Source of the DNA: the human T2T-CHM13v2.0 reference genome, Homo sapiens
Length of the DNA stretch: 64,000 nucleotides
Assembly: GCF_009914755.1 (NCBI RefSeq)
Contig: NC_060934.1
Reading direction: 5' to 3' (one strand)
The notes beneath the pieces are model-generated. The model searched no databases. It was given only the letters and a program-made list of their open reading frames with translations, and was not told where the DNA came from. Shown one piece after another: positions 53,401 through 64,000 of this stretch (the first letter of the stretch is position 1; each line of letters begins with the position of its first letter). A program made the translations under genes and the position numbers.

Positions 53401-53611
53401 AGCTGACAATGCCAGCAGTATACCTTTACTGTCCTACCTCAGAGGTATATAACTGTCCTGCCTTGTATCATTATTGAGTCTGCATGGACTTTGTTTGCCT
53501 TTCCATTCCACAAGACGTCACACTGGTTCATTACACTGATGACATTATGCTGACTGGACTTAATGAGCAAGAAGTTATAACTAATCTTAACTTACTGGTA
53601 AGACATTTTTA

Positions 53612-54592
<981 letters not shown>

Positions 54593-56644
54593 TGAGTGGG
54601 ACCTGGTTAAGAGAAGGGTTCTGCAGCAGGTCCAGACATACAAGCTGCTCTGCCACTTGAGCTGTATGATCTAGGAGATCTGAGCACCACTGGCATATAG
54701 AGATGCTATCTGTAGCCTTTGTAAGGCTTCTATAGGTGAATCACAGTGCAGAACCTTACAATTTTGGAGGTAAGCCCTGCCATCCTCAGTGGATAACTAC
54801 CCTCCTTTTGAGAAACAGCTTTTGTCTATCTACTGGGCCTTAGAAACTGAATGCTTAACCATGGGCTACCATGTGATCTGAACTGACTCTTACAACCTGA
54901 GTGTTGTCTGAGCCAACAAACCATAAACTTGGGTGTGCAGAGCAATACTCCATCATCATACAACAGTGATATATACAGGATCTGGCTTGAGGAGGCTCTG
55001 AAGGCACAGTAAATTACATGAAGTGGCCCAAATGCCCATCGTCCTTGCTCCTGCTACATTACCTTCTCTGCCCCAGCCCACCCTTATGATTTCATGGGGA
55101 ATTCCCTATGATAGTTGACTGAGGAAGAGAAAACTAGGGCTTAGTTTATAGGTGGTTCTGCACTATGTGCAAGCACTACCCACAAGTGGATAGCTACAGC
55201 ACTACAGTCCCTTTCTAGGACATCCCTGAGGGACAGCAGTGAAGGGAGGTCCTCCCAGAGCGCATTTGGCTGTTAATTTTGCTTGAAGGAGAGATGGTTA
55301 GAGGTATGAGTATATATTGATACACGGACTGTGGCCAGTGGTTTGGCTGGATGGTCAGGTACTTGTAAGGAACAGAAGTGAAAAAATTGGTGACGGACAT
55401 CTGGGAAAGACGTATGTCTTGTGGAAAGATAGGCCTTTCTGAGTGGGGAAAAAATGAAGGTATTTGTGTTCCATGTAAATGCTCACCAAAGGGTAAACTG
55501 CACAGAGGAGGATATTTAAAATCAAGTGGATAAGATGGCCTATTCTGTGGATAGTAGTCGGCTTACTTTCCTCCTCAGCCAACCCTATCATCCCCCAATG
55601 GGCTCATGAACAAAGTGGCTATGTAGCAGAGATGGAGGTTATGCATGTGCTCAGCAACATCGACTTCCACTCACCAAGGCTGATATGGCTACAGCTATTG
55701 CTCAGTGCCCAATCGGCCTGTAGCAGAGACCAACACTGAGTCCCTGATATGGAGCCATTCCCTGGAATGATCAACTATCTACTTGGTGTCAGTTTGATTA
55801 CATTGGACTGCTTTTATCTTGGAAGGGGTGGACTTTTATTCTTACTGGAATAGACACTGTAGATACGGATTTGTCTTCTCTACACACCATACTTCTGGCA
55901 AAACTACCATCTGTGGATTTGCAAAATGCCTTTTTCACTATCATGACATTACATGTAGCATTGCTTCTGCTCAAGGAACTCCAGAGCAAATGAAGAGTGG
56001 AAATGGGCCCATGCTCATCAAATTATAGTAACTGTTTCCTATCATTTTGAGGCAGGTAGATTGATAGAACAGTGGAATGACTTATGAAGTCTCGGCTTCA
56101 GCTAGATGACACTACATTGCAGATCTGGGGAAATGTCCTCCAGGATGCCACATATACTCTAAATCAGTATCCAACATATGGTACTTTTTCTCCTATATCC
56201 AGGATTCATAGGTCTAGGAATCAAGGAGTGGAAATAGGAGTGTCACTTGCCATTACTATTACCCTTACTGATGCACACTATTTTTTTCTTGTCTGCACAA
56301 CTTTATGTTCTGCTGGTCTAGAGTCTCAATTATAAAGGTATGCTTCCACCTGGAGACACAACAATGATTTCATTGAGATGGAAGTTCAGACTTCCACTTG
56401 GCCACTTTAGACTCCTGATGCCTCTGAATTAACAGGCAGCCAAGGAAGTTACTGTACTGCCTGGAAGGACTGATCCTGATTACCAAGGAGAAATTGGAGT
56501 GCTGCTACATAATGGAGGTAAGGAAGAGTATGTATGGAATGCAGAAGATCCTATAGCATGTCTGTTAGTATTATAATCCCTGTGATTAAAGTCAATGGAA
56601 AACTACAACAGTCCAATTCAGGCAGAACTACTAATGGCCTAGAC

Positions 56645-56831
56645 CATGGGTCTCCAGCCTTTTGGCTTCCCTGGGCCACATTGGAAGAAGAAGAATTGTC
56701 TTGGGCCATACACTAACATTAACAGTAGCTGATGAGCTATTAAAAAAAAAAAGTCTGTGCAAAATTTTCATGATATCCACCACTACAGATAAGCAAAAAA
56801 GTCCTCATGTTCAAAGGGTTGGACACAGCTG
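56645..56831 (+). mobile_element. MER30-family (MER30B-like) hAT MITE
   Basis: TTTTGGCTTCCCTGGGCCACATTGGAAGAAGAAGAATTGTC core; 8-bp TSD GCCTAGAC at 56637-56644 and 56832-56839. Confidence 0.88.
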
Positions 56832-57206
56832 GCCTAGACCCTTCAGCAATAAAGGTTTGGGTTTTTCTGCTATGCAAAGAACCACAAGCAAGCTGAGGTG
56901 CTTGCTTAGGGCACAGAAACTATGGAATGGGTAGTGGAAGAAGGTAGTTATAAATACTACCTACAAATATACGACCAGTTGCAGAAACCAAGACTGCAAT
57001 TATTAGGAGTTTTTATATTTTTCCTCTTTTATCCCCCTGTAAGATAAGATATATTAATTATAGTTAATTTTACATCACAGTATTTAAAGAGAAGAATTAA
57101 CATGAATATTACCCAAGGACTTTGTATACTTTGCTGGGGAAAATGCGGGTGCATCTTCAGTTGCATCCAGGATAGTTGTGTCAGGTTAGGTGGAATTAAA
57201 ACTTTT

Positions 57207-58490
<1,284 letters not shown>

Positions 58491-58924
58491 TAGACTATGA
58501 TAACTTATGGTTAGTTTGTTGTGTCAATTTGGCTAGGCTATAGTGCCCAGTAATTTAATCAAAGAATTATCTAGGTGTTGCTATGAAGATACTCTATATA
58601 TTTATTTTATTTTTGAAGATATTTTGTAGGTGTTATTAACACCTACAATCAGTTGACTTTAAGTAAAGGAGTTACCCTCTATCATGAAAGTGGACCTCAT
58701 CAAATCAGTTGAAGGGCCTTAAGAACAAAACTGATGTTTCCCAGAAAAAGAAAAAAATACTGTCTCAAGACTGCATGTAAATAACATCAGCTCCTGCCCA
58801 AGAGTTTTCAGCCTGCCAATCGGACATACATTTTGGATTTACAGCCCCCACAAACGTGTAAGCCAGTACCTTCAAGTCTCTCTCTTTCTTTCCCTTCCTC
58901 CTTTTCTCCCTCCCTCCCTCTCCA

Positions 58925-58929
<5 letters not shown>

Positions 58930-58967
<38 letters not shown>
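58930..58967. repeat. (TG)n microsatellite in the ERV-L 3' LTR
   Basis: ~18 uninterrupted GT units. Confidence 0.95.
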
Positions 58968-58969
<2 letters not shown>

Positions 58970-59289
58970 AAACACACTGTTCTGTTCCTCTGGTGAACCT
59001 TGGTTCTATTTCTCTGGCGAACCCTGAAATAATGATAATAAACAATGAAAATAATTGTACTTAAGTATTTTAAGATTTCAGTAAAAAAAAAAAAAAAGAG
59101 CAAAATTCACATAGCAGATTCTTCTTGAGTTCACCAGGAATCTCAACGTCTCTAGAGAGAGTATTTTCTCAATAAAATAGGCTGCATAAAGAAGGTTCCA
59201 TTGAAGGTGTCAACAGATTCAAATTAACTACCAAAAGATACAAATTTAAATAAAATTGCAGATAATTTTATGCACCAACTAAAATAAAT

Positions 59290-64000
<4,711 letters not shown>

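Overview
Human (primate) genomic DNA, recognisable as the PTCHD3 locus (chr10p12). The only intact protein-coding gene is PTCHD3 on the minus strand: 4 coding exons (39437-40525, 38082-38203, 29416-29561, 23904-25411) giving 2865 nt, or 954 aa plus stop. This haplotype reads CAA (Gln) at codon 768, so it encodes the full-length 12-TM RND/Patched-family protein, not the 767-aa truncated form I recall from the older reference. A processed TRIAP1 pseudogene lies at ~4.2-4.5 kb. Most of the rest is transposon-derived: about 30 Alus, a full-length but ORF-disrupted L1PA4/5-like element head-to-head with PTCHD3, a two-LTR ERV-L provirus, an env-bearing ERV remnant, THE1/MLT LTRs, Tigger3, BLACKJACK, Zaphod, MER30 and old L1M fragments. 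I see no proven new system. The best candidate is the L1 antisense promoter with an intact, extended ORF0 pointing at PTCHD3 and a candidate donor in phase with exon 2. Also notable are an L1 insertion whose first-primed arm is poly(A) only, and three traces of ancient local duplication or inversion around PTCHD3. Repeat subfamily names come from remembered consensus sequences and repeat boundaries are approximate.
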